A program made the position numbers and the translations under genes. Shown here piece after piece: positions 19,690-30,083 of a DNA stretch of 64,000 nt. The stretch spans positions 160,001 through 224,000 of the forward strand of contig CAWEEQ010000004.1 in assembly GCA_963808235.1 (NCBI GenBank), in the 5' to 3' direction. Position 1 is the stretch's first letter. Every line of letters starts with the position of its first letter. The notes under the pieces are model-generated. The model saw only the letters and a list, made by a program, of their open reading frames with translations, did not search any database and was not told the DNA's origin. The DNA is from an uncultured delta proteobacterium (GTDB lineage: Bacteria; Desulfobacterota; Binatia; Binatales; Binataceae).

Positions 19690-21168
19690 TTGCCCCTTGG
19701 GAAATTCGGCCGCATAGAGAAAGGCGTGCAGAACAGCAACGAACAAAACAAGGGCCGCATCCTGATCGTTGACGATGAGTTTCACGTTGCCCGCGCGGCC
19801 GCGTCGGTCCTTTCACAGGCCGGTTACGAATGCGAGACATACCCGACCGTCGAGGCCGCCTTGTTGGCTCTCGACCTGAAGGGCGCAGACGTAATCGTCG
19901 CAGACATGAGGATGCCGGGGATGGATGGGATGGATCTGCTGAAAAAAGTGCACATCAAGGAACCTGATCTGGCCGTGGTGCTCACCGCGCCCGGGCCGTC
20001 GGCCGAGTCGGCCAAGGCGGCAATACGGGGCGGTGCGTTCGACTACGTGACCAAGCCCTTCGACACGGACGAGCTCAACGCGGTCGTCAACCGCGCGGTC
20101 GAGATGAGCACGCTCCAGCGTGAGAACCGCAAGCTCCGCGAGCAGCTCGACGTGGCCAGCGTCGCCGCCGGCTTTATCGCCGAAGGGCCGCAGAGCCGTC
20201 AGCTGGTCGCGATGATCCGGCGGGTCGCTCCGGCGCGGACTACGGTCCTTATCGAAGGCGAGACCGGGACCGGCAAGGAGCTGGTCGCGCGGATGCTTCA
20301 TTACTGGAGCAATCGCGCCGACGGCCCGTTCATCGCAATCAATTGCAAGGCGTTCGCCGACGGAGTGGTCGAGAGCGAGCTGTTCGGCCATGAGAAGGGA
20401 TCGTTCACCGGAGCTATCCGGGAGCGTGCCGGATGCTTCGAGCGGGCGTCGGGCGGCACCTTGTTTCTCGACGAAATCGGAGAGGCGGGGCCGGACTTCC
20501 AGGCCAAGCTGCTGCGCGTGCTCGAGGATGGCGAGGTGCTTCGCGTGGGCGCGTCGAAAACGCGCAAGGTCGACGTCCGAATCGTCGCGGCGACGAACCG
20601 CAAGCTGCGCGGCGAAATTACGGGCGGACGCTTTCGCGCCGACCTGTATTTCCGGCTGAGCGTAATCCCGCTCCGAATCGCGCCCTTGCGCGAGCGCCGC
20701 GAGGACATCTTGCCGCTCGCGAATCACTTTCTCAGCTTTCACTCGACCGACGCGGGGCGTCCCCTGATGCTCTCGGTCGAAGCCGAAGAGGCGCTGATAA
20801 ACCATCCGTGGCCCGGCAACGTTCGCGAACTCGAGAACGTGATCGAGCGCGCGGTCGTGATGAGCGGGCAGGAGACGCTGACTCCGGAGGCATTTGCCTT
20901 CGAGGATGAAGGCGTGCACGACGAGCCTCACGCGGTAGGAGTCGCGCCGGCGCCGGCGGCGATGCCGACTGCTGCAGCGCCCAGCGCGCCCGCATCGGCG
21001 GCCACTGAAGAAGAAGAGGGCACCCTGCAAACTACCCTCGATCGCGCGGCGACGATCCGAATCAGAGCCGCGCTCGCGGCGGCCGGCGGCAATCGAATCG
21101 AAGCGGCGACGACGCTGGGCGTAGATCGCACCACGCTCTACCGCCTGATGAAACGTCTTAGTCTTTAG
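19690..21168 (+). CDS. Sigma-54-dependent response regulator (NtrC family)
   Basis: REC domain (IVDDE, ADMRMPGMDG, KPF), Walker A GETGTGKE, GSFTGA loop, WPGNVRELEN, Fis HTH LGVDRTTLYR; start may be GTG 19726. Confidence 0.95.
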   Translation: MPLGKFGRIEKGVQNSNEQNKGRILIVDDEFHVARAAASVLSQAGYECETYPTVEAALLALDLKGADVIVADMRMPGMDGMDLLKKVHIKEPDLAVVLTAPGPSAESAKAAIRGGAFDYVTKPFDTDELNAVVNRAVEMSTLQRENRKLREQLDVASVAAGFIAEGPQSRQLVAMIRRVAPARTTVLIEGETGTGKELVARMLHYWSNRADGPFIAINCKAFADGVVESELFGHEKGSFTGAIRERAGCFERASGGTLFLDEIGEAGPDFQAKLLRVLEDGEVLRVGASKTRKVDVRIVAATNRKLRGEITGGRFRADLYFRLSVIPLRIAPLRERREDILPLANHFLSFHSTDAGRPLMLSVEAEEALINHPWPGNVRELENVIERAVVMSGQETLTPEAFAFEDEGVHDEPHAVGVAPAPAAMPTAAAPSAPASAATEEEEGTLQTTLDRAATIRIRAALAAAGGNRIEAATTLGVDRTTLYRLMKRLSL

Positions 21169-21218
21169 CAGTACCGCGCGGCGGCTCCCGGAGCCGTCGC
21201 GACAACTCAATCTCAAAG

Positions 21219-21252
21219 CGGGCGCGGACCAAATCCGCGCCCGTTCTCTTTT
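21219..21252 (+). terminator. Intrinsic terminator
   Basis: CGGGCGCGGA-CCAAA-TCCGCGCCCG followed by TTCTCTTTT, between convergent genes. Confidence 0.75.
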
Positions 21253-21375
21253 GGTCGGTAAAAACTAACAGGCCCCGGACCGGCGCGTTGTGCACGCGCC
21301 AAGTCCGAGGCCCCCTGGGAGAGGCTGAATTAAAGGTGCCTTCCGATCGGGAAATCCGCGCCCGACTTCAGGCCA

Positions 21376-22317
21376 TCAACCTCCGGAGCCCTGAAGAGTC
21401 CGGAGAACCGAAATCATTGCCGGTCCCACAATCACCGCGATCATCGCGGGCAGAACGAAAACAACCAGCGGGAACAGAATCTTGATCGACGCCTTCTGCG
21501 CCAATTCCTCGGCGCGGAGCCGGCGGCGGGTCCGCAACGCGTCGGAGCTGGAGCGAAGGGCCGGCGCGATCTGCGCGCCGAGTTGCTCGCTCTGGATGAG
21601 GGTCGCGGCCAGCGGCTTGATATCATCGACCGCGGTCCTTTCCGCGAGCCCGCGCAGCGCTTGTCCGAGGGTTGCGCCGGAGGAAATATCGGCCGTCACC
21701 AGGCTGAGTTCGGTGCCGATTTCCTGTCCATGCCGCTCGCATTCGGTGCCCACGATTCGAATTGCCTCGAAGAGTCCAAGGCCCGCCTCGACGCATACCA
21801 CCAGCAGGTCGAGCACGTCGGATAGTTGTCGCGAGATGTGGTTCTGACGAGTTCGCGCGCGCCGTCCGAGGATCCAGCTGGGCACGAATATTCCGAGCGC
21901 GACCCCAGCCATCGCAAAGAGCAGAGGCTGCGAGGCGCTGTTATGCAAAATCGCACCGACCATGAGTCCCAATACTCCGCCGCCAATCGCCAGGAGCACG
22001 CGAATGACCTGGTAAGTCTGCGCGGCGCTCGACTTCAGATAACCTGCCTGCTGCAGGGTCTGCGCGAGTTTCTCGCCGGTCGGGGTATCCATGTTGGGCG
22101 CAGGGACCTTCGTCGAAGCCCATCGGAAGAGCATCCGGCCCAGGTTTTCGTCTTCCAGATCGCTGTCCAGCGCGCCTTGCGCTACCCGGATTTTGACCGC
22201 GAGGTCGGCGAATCGTTCTTCGACTACGCGACCGCCCGGTGCGATCGCGTAGTAGAGCAGGACCCCCGCCGCACCAGCCAGAACAAAGACCACAATGCCA
22301 ATCAAAAATGGGCTCAT
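21376..22317 (-). CDS. tadC: Tad pilus assembly protein TadC (T2SSF domain)
   Basis: LDLLVVCVEAGLG, QSEQLG, RAEELAQKASIKILFPLV. Confidence 0.92.
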   Translation of the reverse strand: MSPFLIGIVVFVLAGAAGVLLYYAIAPGGRVVEERFADLAVKIRVAQGALDSDLEDENLGRMLFRWASTKVPAPNMDTPTGEKLAQTLQQAGYLKSSAAQTYQVIRVLLAIGGGVLGLMVGAILHNSASQPLLFAMAGVALGIFVPSWILGRRARTRQNHISRQLSDVLDLLVVCVEAGLGLFEAIRIVGTECERHGQEIGTELSLVTADISSGATLGQALRGLAERTAVDDIKPLAATLIQSEQLGAQIAPALRSSSDALRTRRRLRAEELAQKASIKILFPLVVFVLPAMIAVIVGPAMISVLRTLQGSGG

Positions 22318-22318
22318 A

Positions 22319-23266
22319 TTAGTATTCCACTCTCAGTAGTCGTCTGATGGTCAGGATGGCCAGCAGATCGGATCCGAGCGCGTATTTCAGGATCTTCTGA
22401 CCAGTCGGATCGTAAAACAACTGGTCCGTGTAGCCCGGCTGAATGATGCTGAACACGCAGAGCACCACCAGCGGCAGAACGCCCACGACGATTCCGCCCA
22501 ACCGTGCTTGCGCGGTAAGGGCCCTTATCTGCAGCCGCAAGCGCTGCCTGATGCGCACGATTTCGGAGAGCCTGCCGACGATCTGCGCGAGGCTCGATCC
22601 GACCTCGGTCTGCACCCGCACCGCGAGCACCAGGAGGCGCAGATCGTCCTCGGGTACGCGCTTCAGCATGTCTTCGAGCGCGCGCGGCAGCGGCAGTCCA
22701 ATCCGGTTTTGCTCGAGCACGGTGCGGAATTCGCCGCCGAGCGGATCGGCAAATTCGGAGACCACGACCTGCAACGCACGCTGCAGCGAGTGTCCGGCCT
22801 CGAGCGACGATTTGATCAGGTCGAGCGCGAAGGGCAACTGGGTTCCAAAGGCCTTCAGGCGCCGCTTCTTGCGGAACTGGATGAACAGAATCGGCAGGGA
22901 AGACAGCGCCAGCGCGATGCCGGTTGCGAACAGCATGTTGTGCAGGACGAGATTGCCGCCGAACACTCCGACGCCGAACAGCACCACCATGATCAGCAGG
23001 ATGTCGGCGACGCCCATGTACAATCCCGCCTGCCACATCATCTCTTCGAGCTTGCGGAGCAGGTTAACGTTGTAGAGGACGGCGAGGAACGTTCCCTGAT
23101 CGGGACGCCGCTTGCGCATCACGTCGATGGTCAATTCCGGTTCGGGGCGAGTGAGCCGCCGAGCCACTTCACGCTGTTGTTCGCCTTCGGTTCCGCGGCC
23201 GCTGAAGAATAACAGCACGGCCACGAAGACGATGGCGAATATGGTGCTTGCCAATACGAAGTCCAT
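22319..23266 (-). CDS. tadB: Tad pilus assembly protein TadB
   Basis: QLPFALDLIKSSLEAGHSL, DPLGGEF, GSSLAQIV, IRALTAQAR. Confidence 0.92.
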   Translation of the reverse strand: MDFVLASTIFAIVFVAVLLFFSGRGTEGEQQREVARRLTRPEPELTIDVMRKRRPDQGTFLAVLYNVNLLRKLEEMMWQAGLYMGVADILLIMVVLFGVGVFGGNLVLHNMLFATGIALALSSLPILFIQFRKKRRLKAFGTQLPFALDLIKSSLEAGHSLQRALQVVVSEFADPLGGEFRTVLEQNRIGLPLPRALEDMLKRVPEDDLRLLVLAVRVQTEVGSSLAQIVGRLSEIVRIRQRLRLQIRALTAQARLGGIVVGVLPLVVLCVFSIIQPGYTDQLFYDPTGQKILKYALGSDLLAILTIRRLLRVEY

Positions 23267-23271
23267 ATTAT

Positions 23272-24642
23272 TTAGCCGATATTGTTGCGGAAAATTTTTG
23301 ATTCCAGTTTGTAGCCGGCCGTCTCGAGGCGCTGCGAATACGTCGAGCGGATTCCGGTCGCGACAAACTGCCCGATCACCTCACCACCAGGACCGATACC
23401 CGTGCGCTTAAATTCGAACAGATCCTGCATCATCACCATCTCACCCTCCATGCCGCTGATCTCGGAAATCCGCAGGACTTTGCGCGTGCCGTCGGAGAGG
23501 CGCGAGACGTGAACGATGATGTTCAGCGCCGACGCGATCTGCTGGCGCATCGCGCGTTGCGGAATCGACACGCCCGACAGCAGCATCATCATCTCGAGAC
23601 GTCCCAAGCTGTCGCGCGGAGTATTGGCGTGGATGGTGGCGATGGAGCCGTCATGACCGGTCGACATCGCCTGCAACATGTCGAAGACTTCACCGCCGCG
23701 GACTTCGCCGACGATTATGCGGTCGGGGCGCATACGCAGCGTGTTCCTGACCAGATCGCGCTGGCTCACTTCGCCCTTGCCTTCGACGTTGGAGGGGCGC
23801 GTCTCGAGCCTGACCACGTGCGGCTGCTGAAGCATCAATTCGGCGGAGTCTTCGATCGTCACGATTCGCTCGTCGGCCGGGATGAACAGCGACAAGCAGT
23901 TGAGCATGGTGGTTTTGCCTGAGCCGGTACCACCGCAAACCAGGATGTTCAGGCGCGCGCGCACGATGGTGCGCAGGAATTCCACAATCTCCGGGACCAG
24001 GGTTTTCTTTTCGACCAGGTCGTCGATGTTGTAGCGCTTGCGTCCGAAACGACGAATCGAGAGCGAGGGTCCATCGAGCGCCAGCGGCGGTATGATCGCG
24101 TTGATACGAGAACCGTCGGGCAGGCGCGCATCGACCATCGGCGACGCTTCGTCGACCCGGCGGCCGACCTGCGACACGATTCGATCGATGATCAGCATGA
24201 GATGTTGATCGTCCTGGAACTTGACGTCGGTGGCGTGAAGTTTGCCGCGCTTTTCGACGTAAATCTGGCTGTGCCCGTTGACCAGGATGTCGGTTATCTC
24301 ATCGTCCCAAAGGAGCGGCTCCAGCGGACCAAGTCCGAGCAACTCGTTCTTGATCTCCTCAATGAGATGATACTTGTCGGTGTCGGTAAGCAGGCGGCCT
24401 TCATCTTCGAGGATCGCGCTTATCGCTTCGGTGACTTTCTGGGAGGCAAGCGCGGGCTCGAGGCTTTCCAGGCGCGTCACGTCGAGCGTTTCGAACAAGC
24501 GGTTGTGGACGGCGAGCTTGAGCTGCTGGAAGCCCTCGGCCTGCGAGTCTTTGACTTTCTTCTGCGCGCCGCCGATCAGCGAGCGCTGAAAGGGCACCGC
24601 CGGAGAATTGTTCTGCTGGGAAATTCTCTCAACCAACTTCAT
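23272..24642 (-). CDS. cpaF: Tad/Flp pilus assembly ATPase CpaF/TadA
   Basis: [41 protein letters not shown]. Confidence 0.96.
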   Translation of the reverse strand: MKLVERISQQNNSPAVPFQRSLIGGAQKKVKDSQAEGFQQLKLAVHNRLFETLDVTRLESLEPALASQKVTEAISAILEDEGRLLTDTDKYHLIEEIKNELLGLGPLEPLLWDDEITDILVNGHSQIYVEKRGKLHATDVKFQDDQHLMLIIDRIVSQVGRRVDEASPMVDARLPDGSRINAIIPPLALDGPSLSIRRFGRKRYNIDDLVEKKTLVPEIVEFLRTIVRARLNILVCGGTGSGKTTMLNCLSLFIPADERIVTIEDSAELMLQQPHVVRLETRPSNVEGKGEVSQRDLVRNTLRMRPDRIIVGEVRGGEVFDMLQAMSTGHDGSIATIHANTPRDSLGRLEMMMLLSGVSIPQRAMRQQIASALNIIVHVSRLSDGTRKVLRISEISGMEGEMVMMQDLFEFKRTGIGPGGEVIGQFVATGIRSTYSQRLETAGYKLESKIFRNNIG

Positions 24643-24651
24643 TGAGGTACC

Positions 24652-25875
24652 TCAGGTGCGCGCACCGATTACATTGAGCAAGCGTGAGACTATTGAATTT
24701 GCGGGATCGTCGGACGGGGCGGTGTCTGCGCCAACTTCGATCCGCCGTGCGAGATCCTCGACGCTTTTCGCCAGCGGCGAGTTAGGCGCCACCTGCCACA
24801 GATCCTGCGCGCTCAGCTGAACCCGCTCGAGGATTTTTTCGTCGCGCGGAATCCGGGTGTGAATCGGCTTGGCCAGGGTATGGCTCAACTGCTCTTCGCT
24901 GATTGGATGTCCGGACACGTAGCGGCTCAAGATAAAATCGGGCTCGACGCCCTGCAATCCCAGCCGCCCGCACAGATCGACAAATCGCCACGCGCATCGC
25001 GCCGCTCCGATCGACTGGTCGATCACGTAGAACAAATGATTCGAGCGCTCCCACGCGGCGACCGTGTTGGCGTCCACATGGGTGCCGCAATCGACAATTA
25101 CGAAATCGAACAACTGCCGCATCAGATCGATAATCGCGCCGACCATCTCGTCGGTAACCAGCTCGCTGTCCTCGATTCGCTTGGGCGCCGCGAGCATATA
25201 GACTCCCGACGCATGCTTGCTCAGCGCCGACTCGAGTTGGATCGAATCGAGTTTGCGGGTGCCCTCCACCAGCGCCATGATCGTGCGCTCGGGCTCGAGG
25301 TTCAAAAACACGGAGAGACCGCCGGTCTGCAGATCGAGATCCACTACCGCGACCCGCTTGTCGAAGGCGTAACGCAGCGCCAGCGCCAGGTTGGCGGCGA
25401 GGCTGGTCACCCCGGTACCGCCGATCAGACTGACCAGCGATATGACTGCGCCGGTACCGTGAACTACCTCTCGGCGGCGGTTCTCGCTGATCTTCAGCAA
25501 TGCGCGCGTCGCGTCGCCGGAGTCGAGCGGCAGGAACAGTAGCTCGTCGGCGCCGGCGCGCAGCACCCGCTTCATCAACTCAGGCGAACGATCGTGCAGA
25601 AGTGCGAACAGAGCAGGGCGGGGAACGGTCCCCGATTGTGCATTCAAGAAACTCAGTGACAGTTCGTCGTTGCCGTTGAACACCACCATGATGACGTCGG
25701 CGGTCGAACCGGCGGGCGAATCGACAGACGGAGCGAGTTCCTCGATGTCCAGCGCTGGGTCACCCAGGGCGGCGAGGGCATCTCGAACTTCAGCCCGATG
25801 CTCCTCGCCTTCACCAACTAATTGTACTTTCAGTGCATCCGGATGCCCGTTACTTTTTTTACCTAGCGCTGACAC
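24652..25875 (-). CDS. cpaE: Pilus assembly protein CpaE/TadZ (pseudo-receiver plus MinD-like ATPase)
   Basis: RAGADELL receiver-like part; degenerate Walker A IGGTGVTSLAANLA; VDLDLQTG; FDFVIVD. Confidence 0.88.
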   Translation of the reverse strand: MSALGKKSNGHPDALKVQLVGEGEEHRAEVRDALAALGDPALDIEELAPSVDSPAGSTADVIMVVFNGNDELSLSFLNAQSGTVPRPALFALLHDRSPELMKRVLRAGADELLFLPLDSGDATRALLKISENRRREVVHGTGAVISLVSLIGGTGVTSLAANLALALRYAFDKRVAVVDLDLQTGGLSVFLNLEPERTIMALVEGTRKLDSIQLESALSKHASGVYMLAAPKRIEDSELVTDEMVGAIIDLMRQLFDFVIVDCGTHVDANTVAAWERSNHLFYVIDQSIGAARCAWRFVDLCGRLGLQGVEPDFILSRYVSGHPISEEQLSHTLAKPIHTRIPRDEKILERVQLSAQDLWQVAPNSPLAKSVEDLARRIEVGADTAPSDDPANSIVSRLLNVIGART

Positions 25876-25969
25876 TCCACACTCTCCCTGGTCCAACTAC
25901 ACTCGCTCTGGTCCAACTACGCAGCGTTATATCATGCACGTTTTCCTCAGGTATGTCTCTATGTCCCGA

Positions 25970-27865
25970 TTAGAACCTCGGTCGTGTTACGTCAGGCTGC
26001 GACAGCGGACGCGTCTCGATCTGCTCGCGCGTAAGCTCGGGCACGCTGGTCGGATTGTACGGCACAGCGCCATTGGGCAGCGGCTGGATGATCTGCGGCG
26101 TGACGCTCATGATCAGGTCCGTCTCCTGATTGTTGTAGGTGGTGTTGCGGAATAGTCCGCCGAGGTAAGGCACGTCTCCCAGATATGGCACCTTTTGAAT
26201 CTGGGTTTTCTTCTCGTGCAGGATCAGGCCCGCGATGATGAGGGTCTGGTTGTCCTTCAACTGCACCATCGTTTCCGCGCGCCGGGTAACGAACGCGGGC
26301 ACTGTGAAACCGAACAGCTGCACGCCTAGTGCGAAATCGGGCTCGGAGACTTCAGGCTTTACCAACAGCTCGACATCGTTGCGGCCTACGACGGTCGGAA
26401 CGAATTCAACCGAGGTGCCGAATTGCTTGAAGACGATCGTGGTGTTCAATGCCTGCGCGATTACGATTGGGATCTCACCGCCCGACAGGAACTTTGCCTC
26501 CTCGCCGGAATTTGCGAGCAGATGCGGCTCGGCGAGAATTTTGGCCAGGCTATGGGTCTCGAGGTACTGAAGGAATCCCTGCAACTGGTAATTCGAGTTG
26601 CCGGCCGCGATTCCATAGGTAAGTGCCTGCGACAGCACGAGTGAGGTGAGAGATCCACCCGCCGCAAGGCTATTAGGCGAAGTGGAAACGTTTCCACCTG
26701 AAGACGTGGTGGTTGTAGTCGGGGAAAACGGTGTGGATGCCGCGCCAGGCAGCGAAACCACCGAAATTCCCGCGCGGCTAAGCGCGAGCGACAGGTTGGT
26801 GCCTTGGGCCTCGATCTGAGTACGGTCAAGTTCGGCAACGATCGTGTTGAGCATCACCTGCTGCTTGCCGTTGGGATCAATTCGTACCGGGCGCTCGTCG
26901 TACTTACCCGCCTGGTTCCAAATCGCAAGGGTCGTGAAGCCAGGCTTATGTCCGATCAAGTTGATCTGGAAAGGATTGATCACCTGGATGTCCGCGACTC
27001 CGGTGTCGGCGACCGACACGCGACGCAGCTTGGTGGGGAAGTCGATAATTCTCGAGGATCCGGTCTGCACCTGAACCACGTCGTCGGGCAGAAAATGCCT
27101 TCCCCCAGAAACCGCGCCCGAGTGGAGCTCGCCACCGCTAAGCGCAATCGAAGGGTTAGTACGGAACCTTTCGGTTGATAGCGCGGTGCTTGCGGCTTGG
27201 GTCGAAACCGCGGGCAAATTGGGATTTTCCGTGTCTTCGGTTGAAGTTGGCGGTCGGAACGCGGTTGCGCCCGGGTTGGTCACCGGCGCAGAACTCGTCG
27301 CCGGCGAAGGATTTCCCATTGAGCTTCCCGATGAAACTACCACTGACGAAGAACTGCTCGAGGGAGAACTGGTCGATACGGCGCTCGACGACGATGAGGA
27401 ATCTACCGGGCCTGCGCCCGCGTCCATCTTCGCCACTACCGGCGGCGCAGCGCTTCCCGAGGTCTTGCCGCTGCCCACGATCGGAGCGGGGGCGTTACCC
27501 GGGTGATTGATGTCGTTGATATCGGCTACTTGCTTGACGGTCACGTCGTAGTCGATTTGCTCGCCCGAGGTGTTCTTAACCGAGACGGTCCATTCGCCGG
27601 CTTCGGCGCCAAGCAGGGTGACCTTTCCGGGCTCTTCGTTGTGCACGACCAGCGCGTGCGGATTTGTGATCACTTTCACGGCCGGCGCTTCGCCGGGGCT
27701 GACATTGTTAATTACGTAACTCTCTCCCGCGTTCAGGGCGAGAGACATTTCCGTGGGAGCGCTGTCGGCGGCGAACAGGAGCCCGGGTCGTAACATCAGC
27801 AAGCTGACAGCGGCCATCAGCCACGGAAGCAATCCACATCCTCTTTTACTTTTCATCTTCATCAC
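25970..27865 (-). CDS. cpaC: Secretin CpaC/RcpA
   Basis: Signal peptide; ILAEPHL...SGEEAKFLSGGEIPI, KVPYLGDVPYLGGLFR, ETDLIMSVTP. Confidence 0.92.
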   Translation of the reverse strand: MMKMKSKRGCGLLPWLMAAVSLLMLRPGLLFAADSAPTEMSLALNAGESYVINNVSPGEAPAVKVITNPHALVVHNEEPGKVTLLGAEAGEWTVSVKNTSGEQIDYDVTVKQVADINDINHPGNAPAPIVGSGKTSGSAAPPVVAKMDAGAGPVDSSSSSSAVSTSSPSSSSSSVVVSSGSSMGNPSPATSSAPVTNPGATAFRPPTSTEDTENPNLPAVSTQAASTALSTERFRTNPSIALSGGELHSGAVSGGRHFLPDDVVQVQTGSSRIIDFPTKLRRVSVADTGVADIQVINPFQINLIGHKPGFTTLAIWNQAGKYDERPVRIDPNGKQQVMLNTIVAELDRTQIEAQGTNLSLALSRAGISVVSLPGAASTPFSPTTTTTSSGGNVSTSPNSLAAGGSLTSLVLSQALTYGIAAGNSNYQLQGFLQYLETHSLAKILAEPHLLANSGEEAKFLSGGEIPIVIAQALNTTIVFKQFGTSVEFVPTVVGRNDVELLVKPEVSEPDFALGVQLFGFTVPAFVTRRAETMVQLKDNQTLIIAGLILHEKKTQIQKVPYLGDVPYLGGLFRNTTYNNQETDLIMSVTPQIIQPLPNGAVPYNPTSVPELTREQIETRPLSQPDVTRPRF

Positions 27866-27882
27866 CTTGCCTTCTGCGCGGC

Positions 27883-28980
27883 TTACGGAATATCGATTGT
27901 TTTTGGCGTCGGCACGTAGCTGACGTCCGTTGCGCTGTTCGAGGCACTGGCCGGTTTGGAGTCGACAACGGCGGGCGTTCCCGTGGTGTCGTGATGATCG
28001 GCGTCAGGTGCGCTCGCTACCGCTTTGTTGGATTCAGGGCTCGCGCTAGCGCTGTTATCGTCGTCGGAATCCGAGGACGGCTTCGCCACGTGGTGCTTCC
28101 TGACGCTGCCACCGTCGGCGGCGGCTTCGTTCACGAATGAAACCGACTCGGACGATTTACCATTGCGCATGATCTCGACTTCGATCACTTTTGCGTGATG
28201 CGTCTCGGGGATCACCGAATGATGCTCTGGCTGTGCGGCCATCACCGGAACATCGGGCGCGATGCTATAGGCGCGCAACATCTGCGCAACGTCGGAGCCG
28301 TTGGTCAGGACGATCTTGTTGTCGTTGTAATTGCGCATCGCAAGGCGCAGCGATCCGGCGCGGCTGGCCAGGGCCAGGCGCTCGGCTTCCTGCGGAGAAA
28401 CCAGCAGGGTGACGACTTTCACCACCGTGGGTTCGTCCTTCTTCTGCTCGACTTCCTGCGCGACGGCGAGAACTTCGACGTTCTGCAGCACTACCTTGGA
28501 GAAGGCTTTCTCTGCTCCGGAACCGCCGCTGTCCATCGCGACCAGTATGTCGACCCGGGTATGCGGCAGAACGAAGCCCGCGATATCGCTGACTTCATCG
28601 ACCGGAACCGACACCGCGCGCATTCCGAATGGAATCAACAGGGGCATCACGCCCGCGGTCTTGTCACCGGTGAACAGCTTGGCCTGGACTATGGGCTCGT
28701 TGGCGACCAGCGAGTTTTTCACATAGCTGCCGATGACCTGTCTTGGATCTGTGTAGGAACCCTCTGGAACGCTGTCCGCTGACCAGCGCGCCATCTTCAC
28801 TTCGCCCAGCTCGATTCGGCTGCCGAGCGGAAGATCATACGACGCGACCACGACTTGCACGTTGTGCGCCATGGCCCGCTGGACATCGGCTTCTCTCCGC
28901 TTCAGAGCGGAATACACCATCACCGAAGCCAGCATCGCCGCCAACCCCGCTAGTAAGACGAATACCATCGGTCGTCTCAT
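27883..28980 (-). CDS. cpaB: Flp pilus assembly protein CpaB/RcpC
   Basis: SAF domain; GMRAVSVPVD, AGFVLPHTRVDIL, VLQNVEVLAV, LRLAMRN; GGAGG-type RBS. Confidence 0.93.
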   Translation of the reverse strand: MRRPMVFVLLAGLAAMLASVMVYSALKRREADVQRAMAHNVQVVVASYDLPLGSRIELGEVKMARWSADSVPEGSYTDPRQVIGSYVKNSLVANEPIVQAKLFTGDKTAGVMPLLIPFGMRAVSVPVDEVSDIAGFVLPHTRVDILVAMDSGGSGAEKAFSKVVLQNVEVLAVAQEVEQKKDEPTVVKVVTLLVSPQEAERLALASRAGSLRLAMRNYNDNKIVLTNGSDVAQMLRAYSIAPDVPVMAAQPEHHSVIPETHHAKVIEVEIMRNGKSSESVSFVNEAAADGGSVRKHHVAKPSSDSDDDNSASASPESNKAVASAPDADHHDTTGTPAVVDSKPASASNSATDVSYVPTPKTIDIP

Positions 28981-29188
28981 ACTCTCCCCTCCCCTCCGGC
29001 CGCTGACTGGCAGGCCGGCTGCGTTCAATTCAAACGGTTAAAATCCGTTAGTTATTTCCTGTTAGCCGGTTATTCGTTTCCGTTCATGCCTGTGGAGCCG
29101 TGCGAAGAAACCGCGGTCACCCGGCGCAGATATGAATCTGCGGTCACAAACAGGTACCTCGTCCGTGGCTCCATGGCGAAGTTTTCAA

Positions 29189-29356
29189 CTAGAAGAGGGG
29201 AATCACGTTGTTGATCAACGATTTGACGATAGTGCCCGCGCTGTTTACCATGGCGATCAGGATCACCATGACCGTCCCGAGTATCAGCACATACTCGGTC
29301 ATAGTCTGTCCGCGCGGACTTACTAATTCCCGGTAGGCTCTTTTCAGCTGGCTCAT
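29189..29356 (-). CDS. flp: Flp family type IVb pilin (55 aa)
   Basis: RGQTMTEYVLIL processing motif plus hydrophobic helix; GGAGG RBS. Confidence 0.85.
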   Translation of the reverse strand: MSQLKRAYRELVSPRGQTMTEYVLILGTVMVILIAMVNSAGTIVKSLINNVIPLF

Positions 29357-29508
29357 TGACTCCCCTCCCAGGGCTGCCGTCGTTTTCGGAATCATTTCTG
29401 TTAGCGAGGGTCGGATTTTTCGGTCCTCGCTAAGAGACATGGTGCCCGACGGCCGTCAAGCCTTCGAACTAGAGCGTGTCGTGCACATGGAGATGGTTGT
29501 CTCGTCGT

Positions 29509-29646
29509 TCAGTGTGCGTGGCTTGCAGCCTTGTAGGCGACGTACACCACTGCCGAGACCGCCAACATGATCATCGCAAAATCGGTCTTGGTCTGCCCGC
29601 AATAATAATTGCCGAGCCTGACTGAAATTGCCGTGATCCTATCCAT
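29509..29646 (-). CDS. Degenerate Flp-like pilin (45 aa)
   Basis: GQTKTDFAMIMLAV aligns with GQTMAEYALILAA of its neighbours but lacks the Glu/Tyr pair. Confidence 0.5.
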   Translation of the reverse strand: MDRITAISVRLGNYYCGQTKTDFAMIMLAVSAVVYVAYKAASHAH

Positions 29647-29681
29647 GTGCTCGTGGGTCCCCCCAGGACCGTGTGTCGTTT

Positions 29682-29712
29682 GGGGTGGCGGATGGGTTAG
29701 TTCCGCCACCCC
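29682..29712 (-). other. Stem-loop downstream of the first pilin gene
   Basis: GGGGTGGCGGA / TCCGCCACCCC 11-bp stem; no U-tract on the minus strand. Confidence 0.55.
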
Positions 29713-29733
29713 GGGGTTTCAACCTTGCTTCGC

Positions 29734-29904
29734 TTAGAGCGAGGCGTTGACGCTGCTGAGCACCGCCGAAACGCTGGTGCCCACGACGTTGTATCCGACG
29801 ATACAAACGACGGCGATCGCCGCGAGGATCAGCGCGTATTCCGCCATTGTCTGGCCGCTCTGATTCTCAGTCGCCCGTACGAACAATTTCGTGATCTTTC
29901 CCAT
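29734..29904 (-). CDS. flp: Flp family type IVb pilin (56 aa, probably the major pilin; absent from the ORF track)
   Basis: Manual translation MGKITKLFVRATENQSGQTMAEYALILAAIAVVCIVGYNVVGTSVSAVLSSVNASL; AGGAGG RBS. Confidence 0.92.
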   Translation of the reverse strand: MGKITKLFVRATENQSGQTMAEYALILAAIAVVCIVGYNVVGTSVSAVLSSVNASL

Positions 29905-30014
29905 TCCCGTGTCCTCCTGTGTTTTTTTGGCCGTTATTGGCCATTGTCCCCGTATTTCAGGCCCCCAAGTTCAAATCCCAGATCGACCCGGGAAGGGAGC
30001 GTCGGAAAGACTTG

Positions 30015-30031
30015 AGCATCTGCCGTGCCAG
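30015..30031 (-). promoter_or_regulatory. Sigma-54 (-24/-12) promoter of the flp/tad operon
   Basis: Minus strand CTGGCACGGCAGATGCT (GG-N10-GC). Confidence 0.75.
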
Positions 30032-30083
30032 CTTTACCTATTGAGCAAATTCTTCAACTTTTTCGTTCTCTGACGAGCTACGA

